This document shows positions 1-9,397 of a DNA stretch of 64,000 bases, piece after piece. The notes under the pieces are model-generated. The model was not told where the DNA came from, ran no database searches, and saw nothing but the letters and a program-made list of their open reading frames with translations. Every line of letters begins with the position of its first letter. Within the stretch, counting starts at the first letter, position 1. A program made the translations under genes and the position numbers. Source of the stretch: Thermaceae bacterium (GTDB lineage: Bacteria > Deinococcota > Deinococci > Deinococcales > Marinithermaceae); NCBI GenBank assembly GCA_027067955.1, contig JAMOUW010000076.1, positions 1,937-65,936 on the forward strand, written 5' to 3'.

Positions 1-254
1 GCGGCCACGTCCGCCCGCCGCAGCTCGCAGGGAAAACCCAGCCGCCGGGCCAGCTCGCAAACGAAGCGGGCGTCCTCAGCCGACTCCGGCCTCATGCCGT
101 GGTCCAGGTGTGCGATCACCGCCTCGCGGCCCACCGCGGCCAGCAAGAGCGCGAGGGCCACCGAGTCGCCACCCCCGCTCACCGCGGCCACGACCAATGC
201 ATCTCCACATAACCGTTTCAGACATCTCGCAAAACGGCGCTCCAGCTCCTCCAC
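1..254 (-). CDS. tilS: tRNA(Ile)-lysidine synthetase, N-terminal part (runs off window)
   Basis: Not in the ORF track. Manual translation from GTG at 254 gives VEELERRFARCLKRLCGDALVVAAVSGGGDSVAL...AHLDHGMRPESAEDARFV (PP-loop SGGxDS and HxDHGxR). TAGCAT -10 lies 6 nt upstream. Confidence 0.9.
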   Translation of the reverse strand, partial: MEELERRFARCLKRLCGDALVVAAVSGGGDSVALALLLAAVGREAVIAHLDHGMRPESAEDARFVCELARRLGFPCELRRADVA

Positions 255-287
255 GTTTACATGCTACCGCGGGGGTAGGATGGATCG

Positions 288-1364
288 GTGGATGAGGCAC
301 GGCTGGTCTTTGACTTCGATCGCTTCCCCTATCTCACCGCCGATCTGCCCGGCATTGGAGGAGTTATCCGCGTGAAGCCAGAAGACTTTGGCGTCATCGA
401 GGTACCGGCATATGAACCCTGTGGAGATGGGGAACATCTCTACGTTTTCTTCGAAAAGCGCGGTTTGACGACCCGCCAGGTCTTTGATCATCTACACCAG
501 GTGATGCGTATACCCGAAAAATCCATCGGCGTAGCCGGCCTCAAAGACAAACACGCTATAACCCAGCAATGGCTGAGTTTCCCCGCGCGCTACGCTGACC
601 GGCTGCCCCAGCTTGAGGAGCTGCCGGGCGTGCGCATCCTCGAGACCGGGCTGCACACCAATAAACTGGGCGTGGGGCACCTGCGCGGGAACCGCTTCGA
701 GATCGTGGTTCGTGACGTTGTTCCCGATGCATTTAACACCGCCCAAAAGGTCCTTTCTCAGCTTGAGCGCCTGGGCGTGCCCAATTACTACGGCCCTCAG
801 CGCTTCGGCCTAGGCGGGCGCAACCCCCTACGCGGCTACGAGCTGGTGACCCGCGGCAAGGGGCGCGGCCGCCCCTGGCTCAAGAAGTTCCTGATCGGCT
901 CGCTGCAGAGCCTGCTCTTCAACGACTGGCTGGCGCTGCGCCTGGAGCGCGGTCTCTACGACCGGGTGCTGCGCGGCGACGTGGCGAAAAAGCACGCCAC
1001 CCGCGGCGAATTCCTGGTAGAAAACCCCGAGGCAGAAAACCCGCGGGCCGCCGCTTTGGAAATCAGCGCAACCGGCCCCCTGCACGGGCGCAAATATTAT
1101 GAAGCCAAACACGAGGCGCGAACGCTGGAAGACGAAATTCTGGCGAGATACGGACTGAAGCGCGAGAACTTCCAAACTCGCAAGGGGGCGCGCAGACCTC
1201 TTCGCTTCCCTCTGGAAGACGCGGTCGTCAACGCACAGGACGGCGGGCTAAAGCTGGCCTTCTTCCTGCCCAAGGGCGCCTACGCCACAGCGCTGCTGCG
1301 CGAGGTCATGAAAAAGAACCCCGAGGCCGACGGCTCCGGGGGTGCATACGAAGACGGGCGCTAG
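288..1364 (+). CDS. truD: tRNA pseudouridine(13) synthase
   Basis: Motifs PEDFxVxE, GEHLY, AGLKDKHAITxQW, GNRF, NYYGPQRFG and FFLPKGAYAT. Confidence 0.95.
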   Translation: MDEARLVFDFDRFPYLTADLPGIGGVIRVKPEDFGVIEVPAYEPCGDGEHLYVFFEKRGLTTRQVFDHLHQVMRIPEKSIGVAGLKDKHAITQQWLSFPARYADRLPQLEELPGVRILETGLHTNKLGVGHLRGNRFEIVVRDVVPDAFNTAQKVLSQLERLGVPNYYGPQRFGLGGRNPLRGYELVTRGKGRGRPWLKKFLIGSLQSLLFNDWLALRLERGLYDRVLRGDVAKKHATRGEFLVENPEAENPRAAALEISATGPLHGRKYYEAKHEARTLEDEILARYGLKRENFQTRKGARRPLRFPLEDAVVNAQDGGLKLAFFLPKGAYATALLREVMKKNPEADGSGGAYEDGR

Positions 1365-1798
1365 AAGCGATAACCCACCTTGAACTGGGCGACCACGGTC
1401 TGCGGCGCGCCTCCGAAGCCGTAGGCGTAACCCAGGTCAGCGCCGACGAAGAGGGGGAGGTCGATCATCTGCGCCAGGTCGTACTCCACATCGCCACGCA
1501 GGTAGGCCTGCACACCGCCCTGGTAGCGTAGGCCGATGCCGCCGCCCACCTTGACACCCTCGGCCGCGTCGAACATGTGGCGGATGCTGAAGGCTGCCTG
1601 GAACCCGCCGGTGCCATAGCTCAGGTCGAGGATGGGGCGCAGCGCCCCCTTCTTCGGCTGGAAGAGGATGCAGTCCCAGCTGGCCTGTACACCGACCACA
1701 AACCCGTTTGCATATCCGGCCGTACCCGCTACCGAATAATTACCTGAGGCAAAAGCCATGCCCAACGCCAGTACCAGCATCATAAACAGCTTCTTCAT
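1361..1798 (-). CDS. small outer-membrane beta-barrel protein
   Basis: Signal peptide (MKKLFMMLVLALGMAFA), alternating Gly/aromatic strands, C-terminal KVGYRF, GGAGG SD. Confidence 0.7.
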   Translation of the reverse strand: MKKLFMMLVLALGMAFASGNYSVAGTAGYANGFVVGVQASWDCILFQPKKGALRPILDLSYGTGGFQAAFSIRHMFDAAEGVKVGGGIGLRYQGGVQAYLRGDVEYDLAQMIDLPLFVGADLGYAYGFGGAPQTVVAQFKVGYRF

Positions 1799-1819
1799 TA
1801 CATAACCTCCCGGGATATG

Positions 1820-1848
1820 ATGCTAGATTATTCCGACAGTGCGGTCAA
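1820..1848 (-). promoter_or_regulatory. sigmaA-type promoter for the beta-barrel gene
   Basis: TTGACC-N17-TAGCAT on the minus strand. Confidence 0.55.
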
Positions 1849-2043
1849 GCGCCCCCCGGTGCCCGCAAAACAATCGGGCATGTCCGCGGCGACGTGCGCC
1901 GGCAGCATGCCCCGTAGCGTCAGCTCGCGCACCACCAGCAACGCAAACTCCCACACATCCTGCTCGCCCCATCCCTCGCTCTCGAGACTGTCCAGCGTCA
2001 AACCGCGCCGGTAAGCCTCCCGCGCAATGTCTTCCCAGTTCAT
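1828..2043 (-). CDS. small hypothetical protein (MNWEDIAREAYRRG...)
   Basis: The ATG at 2043 has TAGGCT 7 nt upstream (leaderless pattern). It fills the gap between genes. Confidence 0.55.
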   Translation of the reverse strand: MNWEDIAREAYRRGLTLDSLESEGWGEQDVWEFALLVVRELTLRGMLPAHVAADMPDCFAGTGGRLTALSE

Positions 2044-2085
2044 GAGGACAAGCCTACTACACGCACCTGCGCACGCAGGATTAAG

Positions 2086-3852
2086 ATGGAGGGCGTGCAT
2101 CTGCGCGTCGCCTCTCCGCGCCTGGGAAATACCGGACGAATGTTGCTCCTCAGCCTTCTGGTGGGCGTGGTAAGCGGGCTGGGAGCGATCGTCTTCAATC
2201 TTCTGCTGGACGGCGCAAAGGAAATCTTTCTGGTACAGCTCGCGGGCTATCAGCCCCCCGGCTTACCCCGGGAAGGCGGCGACCTGATTGAGAACCTGGC
2301 TCCCTGGGGCCGCTGGCTGGTTCCGGCAGTCACCGCGCTGGGAGGCCTGCTGGCCGGTTGGCTGGTATTCGCCTTCGCGCCCGAAGCGGAAGGTCACGGC
2401 ACTGACGCCGTCCTCAAGGCCTACCACCACGCGGGTGGTCGGATTCGCACGCGGGTACCGATCATCAAAACCCTGGCCTCGGCCATAACCATCGGTTCCG
2501 GCGGGTCAGGCGGACGCGAGGGGCCCATCGCCCAGATCGGCGCCGGGTTCGGCTCCGTTATCGCAAGCCTCCTTCGCCTCAGCGACGGCGAACGCCGCAT
2601 GCTGGTCATGTCGGGCGCAGCAGGCGGAATAGGCGCCATCTTCCACGCTCCCTTGGGCGGCGCCCTCTTCGTAACCGAGGTTCTCTATCGCAAGCTCGAT
2701 TATGAAACCGATGTACTCGTTCCCGCAATCATCTCTGCCGTAACTGCATATTCTATCGTGGGATATTTTTACGGCTTCGGGTCTCTGTTCATCACCCCCA
2801 GCGATTACTTCTCGCACCCCCAAATACTGCCCCTGTACGCGCTGCTCTCGCTGATAAGCGCCGCCGGAGCCTGGCTTTTCATAAAAATGTTTTACGGTGT
2901 TTCCGAATGGTTCAGCGGCTGGAAGTGCGCGCAAATAATCAAGCCTGCGGTGGGCGGCCTGGCCGTGGGTCTTTTAGGCGTTGCGTTGCCCTACGTCCTG
3001 GACGGCGGCTATGGCTGGCTGCAGATGATATTCATGAACCGGTTTTCCTGGGGTATTTTGCTGCTCATTGCCGTGGGTAAGATGGTGGCCACTTCGTTTT
3101 CCATCGGTTCAGGCGGTTCGGGCGGCGTATTTGGCCCCGGGGTAATCATCGGCGCGGCGCTTGGGGGTGCAGTTGGTCAGGTGTTTGCACAGCTCTTCCC
3201 CGCCCTGGGAGTGCAACCCGTGCATTTTGCCCTGGTAGGAATGGCCGCCTTTTTCGCGGCCGCGGCCAAGACGCCGCTATCTTCGATCGTAATGGTCACC
3301 GAAATGACCGGTTCCTACGGGCTGCTGGTCCCGCTGATGTTGTCCAGCTTTCTCGCCTATCTGGTGCTCAAACCCGGCGACACCCTTTACCGCTCCCAGG
3401 TTCCCGAACGGATAGACAGCCCCGTACACGCACATGAATACATGAGAGCGGCGCTCGTAAACCTGAAAGAACGCGGGCTCCCCATTCCCAAAGACGTACC
3501 CTTGCCCGACGTAGCGCGCCTCCTGGAAACCGGCCAGCCGGTGGTACTGGACCCCGAAGGCGAGGAAGTTATGTTTACGTTCGCCCTGGGTGAAAACCAC
3601 GCCTGGGCGGGACGGCGGATATTCGAGCTGGATCTCCCCCCCGACGTGCTAGTGATCTCGGTCATGCGCGAAAAAGCTGACAAGGTGGTGGTTCCGCGCG
3701 GGCATACCCGGCTCGAGCCCGGTGACCGGCTCATCCTGGTTGGCCCCGCATACGCCTCCCAGGAGCTCATGGAACGCCTGGATCAGGAAGCGGGATCGCC
3801 CAGGCAGGGGGGTGCCGGAACAGCCGCCAGTCCCAATCGCTCGGACATGTAG
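2086..3852 (+). CDS. ClC-family chloride channel/antiporter with C-terminal TrkA-C (RCK_C) domain
   Basis: GSGGREGP and GGVFGP motifs, many TM helices, C-terminal VVVPRGHTRLEPGDRL. The true start may be GTG at 2095. Confidence 0.9.
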   Translation: MEGVHLRVASPRLGNTGRMLLLSLLVGVVSGLGAIVFNLLLDGAKEIFLVQLAGYQPPGLPREGGDLIENLAPWGRWLVPAVTALGGLLAGWLVFAFAPEAEGHGTDAVLKAYHHAGGRIRTRVPIIKTLASAITIGSGGSGGREGPIAQIGAGFGSVIASLLRLSDGERRMLVMSGAAGGIGAIFHAPLGGALFVTEVLYRKLDYETDVLVPAIISAVTAYSIVGYFYGFGSLFITPSDYFSHPQILPLYALLSLISAAGAWLFIKMFYGVSEWFSGWKCAQIIKPAVGGLAVGLLGVALPYVLDGGYGWLQMIFMNRFSWGILLLIAVGKMVATSFSIGSGGSGGVFGPGVIIGAALGGAVGQVFAQLFPALGVQPVHFALVGMAAFFAAAAKTPLSSIVMVTEMTGSYGLLVPLMLSSFLAYLVLKPGDTLYRSQVPERIDSPVHAHEYMRAALVNLKERGLPIPKDVPLPDVARLLETGQPVVLDPEGEEVMFTFALGENHAWAGRRIFELDLPPDVLVISVMREKADKVVVPRGHTRLEPGDRLILVGPAYASQELMERLDQEAGSPRQGGAGTAASPNRSDM

Positions 3853-4133
3853 GCCCCGATCTTACGGGCCCGGGGGTGCACCCAAAGCTCCGCCCCGGTG
3901 AGATGCAACATCACCAGCAGGGTTATCAGGTGCTCCGCAAGGTCGTCTTCGCCCAGCTTTTCCGCACTCACGCTGCGACCGAAACCGGGCAGATCAGCGG
4001 CCAGATAGCGCCGCCCCTCGGGAAGCGGGCAACCACGCCATTCGGCGGCGTCGCGGCCAATTAGCACCGTATCAGGCCCGCTGCCCCAGCGGTCATACAC
4101 TATGTTGGTACCGTAAACATTAAGATAAGGCAT
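3783..4133 (-). CDS. truncated/minimal alpha/beta-hydrolase-fold protein
   Basis: Start MPYLNVYG at 4133, directly after the upstream stop. Has YDRWGSGP and DLPGFGRS motifs but no GxSxG. Recalled as resembling Thermus TTHA1544. Confidence 0.7.
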   Translation of the reverse strand: MPYLNVYGTNIVYDRWGSGPDTVLIGRDAAEWRGCPLPEGRRYLAADLPGFGRSVSAEKLGEDDLAEHLITLLVMLHLTGAELWVHPRARKIGAYMSERLGLAAVPAPPCLGDPAS

Positions 4134-4134
4134 T

Positions 4135-4905
4135 TCAGTGGGGCGATTCCGGGTCGAAACGCAGCGGCGGCGGCGCTTCGCCCTCTTCTTCCAGCTGCCA
4201 CTCTGCGGGACCTTCCAAAAATTCCTTATAGCGCTCAATGAAACCCCGGGCGATGCTGACAGCCTCGCGCGGGTTTTCCCAGAAGCTAAAATGGCCCGCA
4301 CCGTCGAGGGTAACCAAAATCCCCTTGAGATCGGGCACCCACTCGGTCACCTCATGAGCGTAGCGCATGGGCGCAAAAACGTCTTCCGCGCCTACCACGC
4401 TCATCAGCGGCAGGTCCTGCAGGGTGCGCAGCCATCTGCGTTCGTCTCTCAGCTCCAGCAGTGCCCCGGTCCAATCGCGCAACCCTTCTAGCTCGAGCCC
4501 CTGCCGCCAGGCGGATATCAGCTCCTCGCCGCGCTCGATCATCAAGCTTCCAAAGAGAAGCGGCCGCGCCACCTCCACGAATCCCTCGACACCACCCCGC
4601 TCCAGGGCCCACGCCAGCGCCCGCACCCGCGCCTTTAGCGCGGAGTCGGCCCGTGCATAGGGCGAGAACCAGGTTATGCTCCGTGCGTTCGTTTCCGTAG
4701 CAAGCCTAACCGCCGCCAGCCCGGCCTCAAAGGACGCCACCAGGTGGGCGCCTTCGGGCAGGCTTCGACCCCAGGTTGCCAGCTGTGCTTGCGGATCGGG
4801 TATACGCTCCAGCTTCAGGTGTTCATAATTCTTCAAATGTTCAGCAAGCACCCGGAAACCACCCGGGGGGCTCAGGTATCCAGGCAGGTAAGCGATCGTT
4901 TCCAC
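4135..4905 (-). CDS. alpha/beta-hydrolase-fold protein (degenerate nucleophile elbow)
   Basis: YLPGY oxyanion region, VVGAEDVF and GAGHFSFWENP present. HLVASFEAG replaces HLVGxSxGG. Confidence 0.75.
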   Translation of the reverse strand: METIAYLPGYLSPPGGFRVLAEHLKNYEHLKLERIPDPQAQLATWGRSLPEGAHLVASFEAGLAAVRLATETNARSITWFSPYARADSALKARVRALAWALERGGVEGFVEVARPLLFGSLMIERGEELISAWRQGLELEGLRDWTGALLELRDERRWLRTLQDLPLMSVVGAEDVFAPMRYAHEVTEWVPDLKGILVTLDGAGHFSFWENPREAVSIARGFIERYKEFLEGPAEWQLEEEGEAPPPLRFDPESPH

Positions 4906-4932
4906 CCCCGTATATTGGCATAGAATGTCCTG

Positions 4933-5358
4933 ATGGCCGAACTAGACCCCCGTCTGCTGAAGCTCCCGGGATTGGACCGCACCCTGGGAGTCGAATATCT
5001 AGAGGCAGGCCCGGAGCGCGTGCGCGCATCTCTTACCGTGGACGAACGCCATCTGCAACCCTTCGGTTACCTGCACGGCGGGGTCAACGTCGCCCCGGCG
5101 GAAAGCGTGGCGAGCGTCGGCGCTTCCATAGCCGCCCCCGAGGGGCATGTAGCCTTCGGGCTCGAGATCAACATGAACCACCTCAGGCCGGTACGCCCGG
5201 GATCTCGCATCGTCGCCACCGCGGAACCGCTGCACCAGGGGCGTTCGACCCAGGTCTGGCATATCGAGATTCGCGACGGCGAAGAGCGACGGGTGGCCGT
5301 AGGGCGCTGCACCCTGGCCCTGCGCCCGGCCCGGCTTGACAACGTAGCGGGAAATTGA
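4933..5358 (+). CDS. PaaI/hotdog-fold thioesterase (MenI-like)
   Basis: HLQPFGYLHGG, GLEINMNHLRP and HQGRSTQVW motifs. TAGAAT -10 at 4921-4926. Confidence 0.9.
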   Translation: MAELDPRLLKLPGLDRTLGVEYLEAGPERVRASLTVDERHLQPFGYLHGGVNVAPAESVASVGASIAAPEGHVAFGLEINMNHLRPVRPGSRIVATAEPLHQGRSTQVWHIEIRDGEERRVAVGRCTLALRPARLDNVAGN

Positions 5359-5418
5359 TGTATGGTTATGCATATGCGTCGCCCGGGAAGCGACACTAAC
5401 CACAGAGGAGGTGGGGCC

Positions 5419-5475
5419 ATGGACGACGGCTATCCTGGTTATACCCGCCCCGCCCCACAGCGCGCCGGCGCATAA
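5419..5475 (+). CDS. candidate Tyr-containing leader peptide MDDGYPGYTRPAPQRAGA
   Basis: Strong SD GAGGAGGTG at 5405-5413, two TAT codons, lies immediately upstream of aroF-tyrA. Confidence 0.5.
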   Translation: MDDGYPGYTRPAPQRAGA

Positions 5476-5511
5476 ACCCGCAAATCCTTTACAACGCAGG
5501 GAGCACCAGTC

Positions 5512-6540
5512 ATGTTGATAGTTGTCAAACCGGGTATTACCAAAGAGTCTTTTGCAGCTTTGCTAGAGGAAATCGAGCGCCTGGGCTACATCCCCCACGT
5601 TTCCGAAGGTGAAAGGCATACTCTTATCGGAGCCGTGGGCGCACCACCCACCCCCGAGCTGATGGAGCACTTTCGCGCCCTGTCCGGCGTGGATCAGGTC
5701 ATTCGCATCTCCAAACCCTACAAGCTAGCCAGCTGGGAGGTGCACCCCGAACCAACCGTGGTTTTTTTCCCCACCGGAAGCACCGGGAACGGGCGCTTCA
5801 TGGTGGCTGCAGGGCCCTGCGGAGTAGAGTCGCGGGAACAGATACTCACCGCCGCCCGCTACGTCAGAAAACACGGAGCACACATGCTGCGGGGCGGCGC
5901 ATTCAAGCCCCGCACCAGCCCATACGCCTTCCAGGGACTGGGCATCGAAGGTTTGAAGCTGCTCGCCGAGGCCCGCGCCGAGACCGGCCTTCCGGTGGTC
6001 ACCGAGGTGACCAGCCCCGACCTGGTGGACGTCGTCGCCGAGTACGCCGACGTACTGCAAATCGGCGCCCGCAACGCCCAGAATTTCGCCCTGCTAAAGG
6101 CGGCGGGAGGGTCGGGAAAACCCGTTCTGCTAAAACGCGGAATGAGCATGACCCTCGACGAATTCCTGATGGCGGCCGAATACGTGCTCAGCGAAGGGAA
6201 CCCGAACGTCGTCCTCGTCGAACGGGGCATCCGTACCTTCGAAAAAGCGACCCGCTTTACCCTTGATGTTTCTGCGGTGCCGGTGCTCAAGAGTCAAACC
6301 CATCTGCCAGTCTGGATCGACCCCTCGCACGCAGCCGGCCGGCGTGACTACGTTACCCCTTTGGCGCTGGCAGGCGTCGCCGCGGGCGCCGACGGCATCA
6401 TCGTGGAAACCCATCCCAACCCCGAAGAGGCACTTTCCGACGCCGCCCAGCAGCTGCATGAAAATGAGTTCGCCGCCCTCATGGAAGCCTTGCAGCGACT
6501 GCTTCCAGCCCTGGAAAAGAAGCCGGCGACACACGTCTGA
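5512..6540 (+). CDS. aroF: DAHP synthase, class I-beta with N-terminal regulatory domain
   Basis: AGPCGVE, RGGAFKPRTSPY, QIGARN, LLKRG and DPSH motifs. Confidence 0.95.
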   Translation: MLIVVKPGITKESFAALLEEIERLGYIPHVSEGERHTLIGAVGAPPTPELMEHFRALSGVDQVIRISKPYKLASWEVHPEPTVVFFPTGSTGNGRFMVAAGPCGVESREQILTAARYVRKHGAHMLRGGAFKPRTSPYAFQGLGIEGLKLLAEARAETGLPVVTEVTSPDLVDVVAEYADVLQIGARNAQNFALLKAAGGSGKPVLLKRGMSMTLDEFLMAAEYVLSEGNPNVVLVERGIRTFEKATRFTLDVSAVPVLKSQTHLPVWIDPSHAAGRRDYVTPLALAGVAAGADGIIVETHPNPEEALSDAAQQLHENEFAALMEALQRLLPALEKKPATHV

Positions 6541-6545
6541 CGGCC

Positions 6546-7616
6546 GTGTATAAGCGTGTTGGCATCTTCGGCATGGGCCTGCTCGGCGGCAGCGTCGGGT
6601 TAGGGCTGCGCGAACGCTTCCTGGCCCGTGAGGTAGTGGCTTACGACCCCGACCCCACGGCTCTGGAGGCCGCGCGCGCCTTGGGTGCGGCGGACCGCAT
6701 CGAAACCCGGTTGGGACCCTGGATCGCCGATCTGGATCTGGGCGTACTCGCCGCCCCCGTGGGTGCGCTGGAAACGCTGGGGCGTGCGGTGGCCGGCCAT
6801 GCCGCTCCGAACACCCTCTGGACCGACGTGGGCAGCGTTAAGGGCCCGGTGGTGGAAGCTCTGGAGCCGCTACTCCCCCGTTTCGTTGGCAGCCACCCAA
6901 TGGCCGGCAGCGAACGCGCCGGGGTGGAGAACGCCCACGCAGGCCTTCTGCAAAACGCCGCCTGGATCCTCACCCCCTCACCCCGCAGCACCGCCGCGGA
7001 TTTGCGAGAGCTCGAGCACCTGGTGGAAGCCCTGGGGGCCTACCCCCTGCTCGTCGCTCCGGAGCTGCACGACCGGCTGGTGGCGCGGGTCTCGCACCTG
7101 CCCTATCTGCTCGCGGTGGCCCTGAACCGTATCGTGGATGCCGATCCCAACCGCGAAACGCTGATGTTCCTGGCGGCGGGCGGCTTTCGCGACCTGACGC
7201 GGGTGGCGTCAGGTTCGCCGCGAATGAGCCGCGATATGGTCGTGGCCAACCGCGCGGCGCTGCGAGAGGCGGCCGCAGATCTTAAAGCAGTTCTAGACGA
7301 GCTCGTTTCCGCCCTCGACCATCCCGAGCGGCTGTTCGAATACGCCCAAGGTGCCAAGCGGGTGCGCGACAGCCTGCCGGTGGTGCGGCGCACGCTGTTG
7401 CCCGTACAGCACGACCTGGTAATCGCGGTACCCGACCGGCCCGGAGAGCTGGCCCGCATCACCAGCGCTCTGGGGGCAGCAGGCGTAAACATCAAGGACA
7501 TCGAGGTCCTCAACGTCCGCGACGAAGGCGGGGCGATTCGACTGGGATTCGTAAGCGGCGAGGAAAAACGGGCGGGAAGAGAAGTGCTCGAGGCCGCCGG
7601 ATACCGCACGCGCTAA
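6546..7616 (+). CDS. tyrA: prephenate dehydrogenase with C-terminal ACT domain
   Basis: GMGLLGGS, TDVGSVK, HPMAGSE, SHLP and GFRDLTRVA motifs; ACT domain VPDRPGEL. Confidence 0.93.
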   Translation: MYKRVGIFGMGLLGGSVGLGLRERFLAREVVAYDPDPTALEAARALGAADRIETRLGPWIADLDLGVLAAPVGALETLGRAVAGHAAPNTLWTDVGSVKGPVVEALEPLLPRFVGSHPMAGSERAGVENAHAGLLQNAAWILTPSPRSTAADLRELEHLVEALGAYPLLVAPELHDRLVARVSHLPYLLAVALNRIVDADPNRETLMFLAAGGFRDLTRVASGSPRMSRDMVVANRAALREAAADLKAVLDELVSALDHPERLFEYAQGAKRVRDSLPVVRRTLLPVQHDLVIAVPDRPGELARITSALGAAGVNIKDIEVLNVRDEGGAIRLGFVSGEEKRAGREVLEAAGYRTR

Positions 7617-7652
7617 GCGCGCTATAATAAAAGCAAAGAAAAGGAGGGGACC

Positions 7653-8099
7653 ATGTACAAGCGCGTGTTGCTTCCAACCGACGGTTCACCCTGCAGCGAC
7701 CACGCTCTGCGGGAAGGATTCGACCTGGCCAGGACCTGCGGAGCCGAGGCTACGGTGCTTTACGTGATAGAAAACCCGCTCCTCACCCTGCCCATGCTTC
7801 CCGAAGGCATTCCCTACGAGGCCGACCTTTACGAAGACCTCAAGAAAGCCGCGGAGGAGGTGCTGACCTCCGCGCGCAAAATAGCCCAGGAAGTGGGAAT
7901 CCCCGTTAACACCATTATGCACGAAGGTCAGCCCGTACCCACCATCGTTGAGTTCGCCAAGGACCATGATCTGATAGTCATGGGCACTCATGGCCGCGGC
8001 GGACTTGAAAAGTTGATTCTAGGATCGGTAACCGAAGGTGTTTTGCACCGCACCGATAAGCCGGTCCTGGTAATCCATTGCAAACGCTCGCGGTCATGA
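7653..8099 (+). CDS. universal stress protein
   Basis: YKRVLLPTDGS and DLIVMGTHGRGG...LGSV motifs; TATAAT and AGGAGG upstream. Confidence 0.92.
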   Translation: MYKRVLLPTDGSPCSDHALREGFDLARTCGAEATVLYVIENPLLTLPMLPEGIPYEADLYEDLKKAAEEVLTSARKIAQEVGIPVNTIMHEGQPVPTIVEFAKDHDLIVMGTHGRGGLEKLILGSVTEGVLHRTDKPVLVIHCKRSRS

Positions 8100-8111
8100 T
8101 CGGTTAGGCTG

Positions 8112-9395
8112 GTGTTGGTGAAACCAAGATTCGTCCTCAGTCTGCTGATTTTGTCGGCTGCGTGGGCCCACGCAGCCAGCTATGTCGTGAAGATAGAAGG
8201 CCCTATAGACCAGCCCCTCGCCGTTTTTGTCGAAGAATCCCTCGAACGGGCCGAGCGCGACGGAGCAAGCGGGGTCGTCTTTTGGATCGACACCCCGGGA
8301 GGCCGGGTGGACGCGGCTATGCGCATCTCCGACGCCATACTTACCTCACCCCTGCCCACCCTGGCGGTCGTAAAGAACGCCTTCTCCGCTGGGGCTCTCA
8401 TCGCTCTCTCCGCCGAACAGGTGGCCATGCTACCGGGCTCCGAGATCGGAGCGGCACTCCCTATAACGGTTACCCCCATCAGCAAGCCCGAAGCGGCGGA
8501 TCGCAAGGTAATAAGCGCCCTCAAAGGCAAGTTTCGGGCGGTGGCCGAAGCCCGCGGCCGCCCGCTCAGGCTGGTCGAGGCGATGGTGGACCCCGAAATA
8601 GAAATCGAGGATCTGGCAGGCAAGGGCGAACCCCTCACGCTGACCGCAGCCAAGGCCGTAGAACTGGGGGTGGCCGACTTCGAAGCGGCGAGCCTGCGCG
8701 AAGCGCTGGAACGCGCCGGATTCACCACCGAAACAATTGTTATAGAACCGCCTGCCCGCATCAGGGTGGCACGCCTCCTCACCAGTATGTACGTGGCCCC
8801 GGTATTACTGGCACTGGGGCTCCTGGGGCTGATCATCGAGTTTTTCACTCCCGGCTTCGGGGTTCCCGGACTGCTAGGAATCGCAGCCCTGGCCCTTTAT
8901 TTCGCTGGCGGTGTTCTCGCAGGGATGAGCGGGGTGCTCGAGGTGCTCCTCTTCCTGGGAGGTATCGCTCTCCTGCTGGCCGAGATGTTCCTCATACCAG
9001 GCTTTGGTGTTGCGGGAGTTTCGGGATTCATTGCTATCGGCGCTTCGATATACCTCACCTTCGGCGAACAAGCGCTCATGGTGGGGGCCATCGCCATCGT
9101 TGCAGGAGCCCTAGGACTCGTCCTGGTGTTCCGCTACCTGCCGCGCACCCGGGCGGCGCACGCGCTGGTCCTGGAAGGAGCAATAGGGAGTCAGGCGCCA
9201 CCGCGCGAACGCCTGGAATCGCTTACCGGAGCCATAGGCAAAGCAGTAACCGACCTGCGACCCGCGGGGACCGCGCGCTTCGGCGAGCGCAAGGTTGACG
9301 TCGTATCGGAAGGCGAATTCATCCCCCGGGGCTCCACAATCCGGGTCGTTGAAGTCGAAGGCGCGCGCGTCGTGGTGCGCGAAGAGGAGGTTTGA
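8112..9395 (+). CDS. nfeD: long-form NfeD membrane serine protease (YqeZ-like)
   Basis: Signal peptide, IDTPGG and AFSAGALI protease domain, TM block, C-terminal OB domain TDLRPAG...VDVVSEG. Confidence 0.9.
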   Translation: MLVKPRFVLSLLILSAAWAHAASYVVKIEGPIDQPLAVFVEESLERAERDGASGVVFWIDTPGGRVDAAMRISDAILTSPLPTLAVVKNAFSAGALIALSAEQVAMLPGSEIGAALPITVTPISKPEAADRKVISALKGKFRAVAEARGRPLRLVEAMVDPEIEIEDLAGKGEPLTLTAAKAVELGVADFEAASLREALERAGFTTETIVIEPPARIRVARLLTSMYVAPVLLALGLLGLIIEFFTPGFGVPGLLGIAALALYFAGGVLAGMSGVLEVLLFLGGIALLLAEMFLIPGFGVAGVSGFIAIGASIYLTFGEQALMVGAIAIVAGALGLVLVFRYLPRTRAAHALVLEGAIGSQAPPRERLESLTGAIGKAVTDLRPAGTARFGERKVDVVSEGEFIPRGSTIRVVEVEGARVVVREEEV

Positions 9396-9397
9396 AC

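Noticed and set aside
5092-5103. Proline in the thioesterase helix (VAPAE instead of the usual ALAE)
   Set aside because: A single CTG>CCG change could be a strain variant or a sequencing error. The ORF is otherwise intact.
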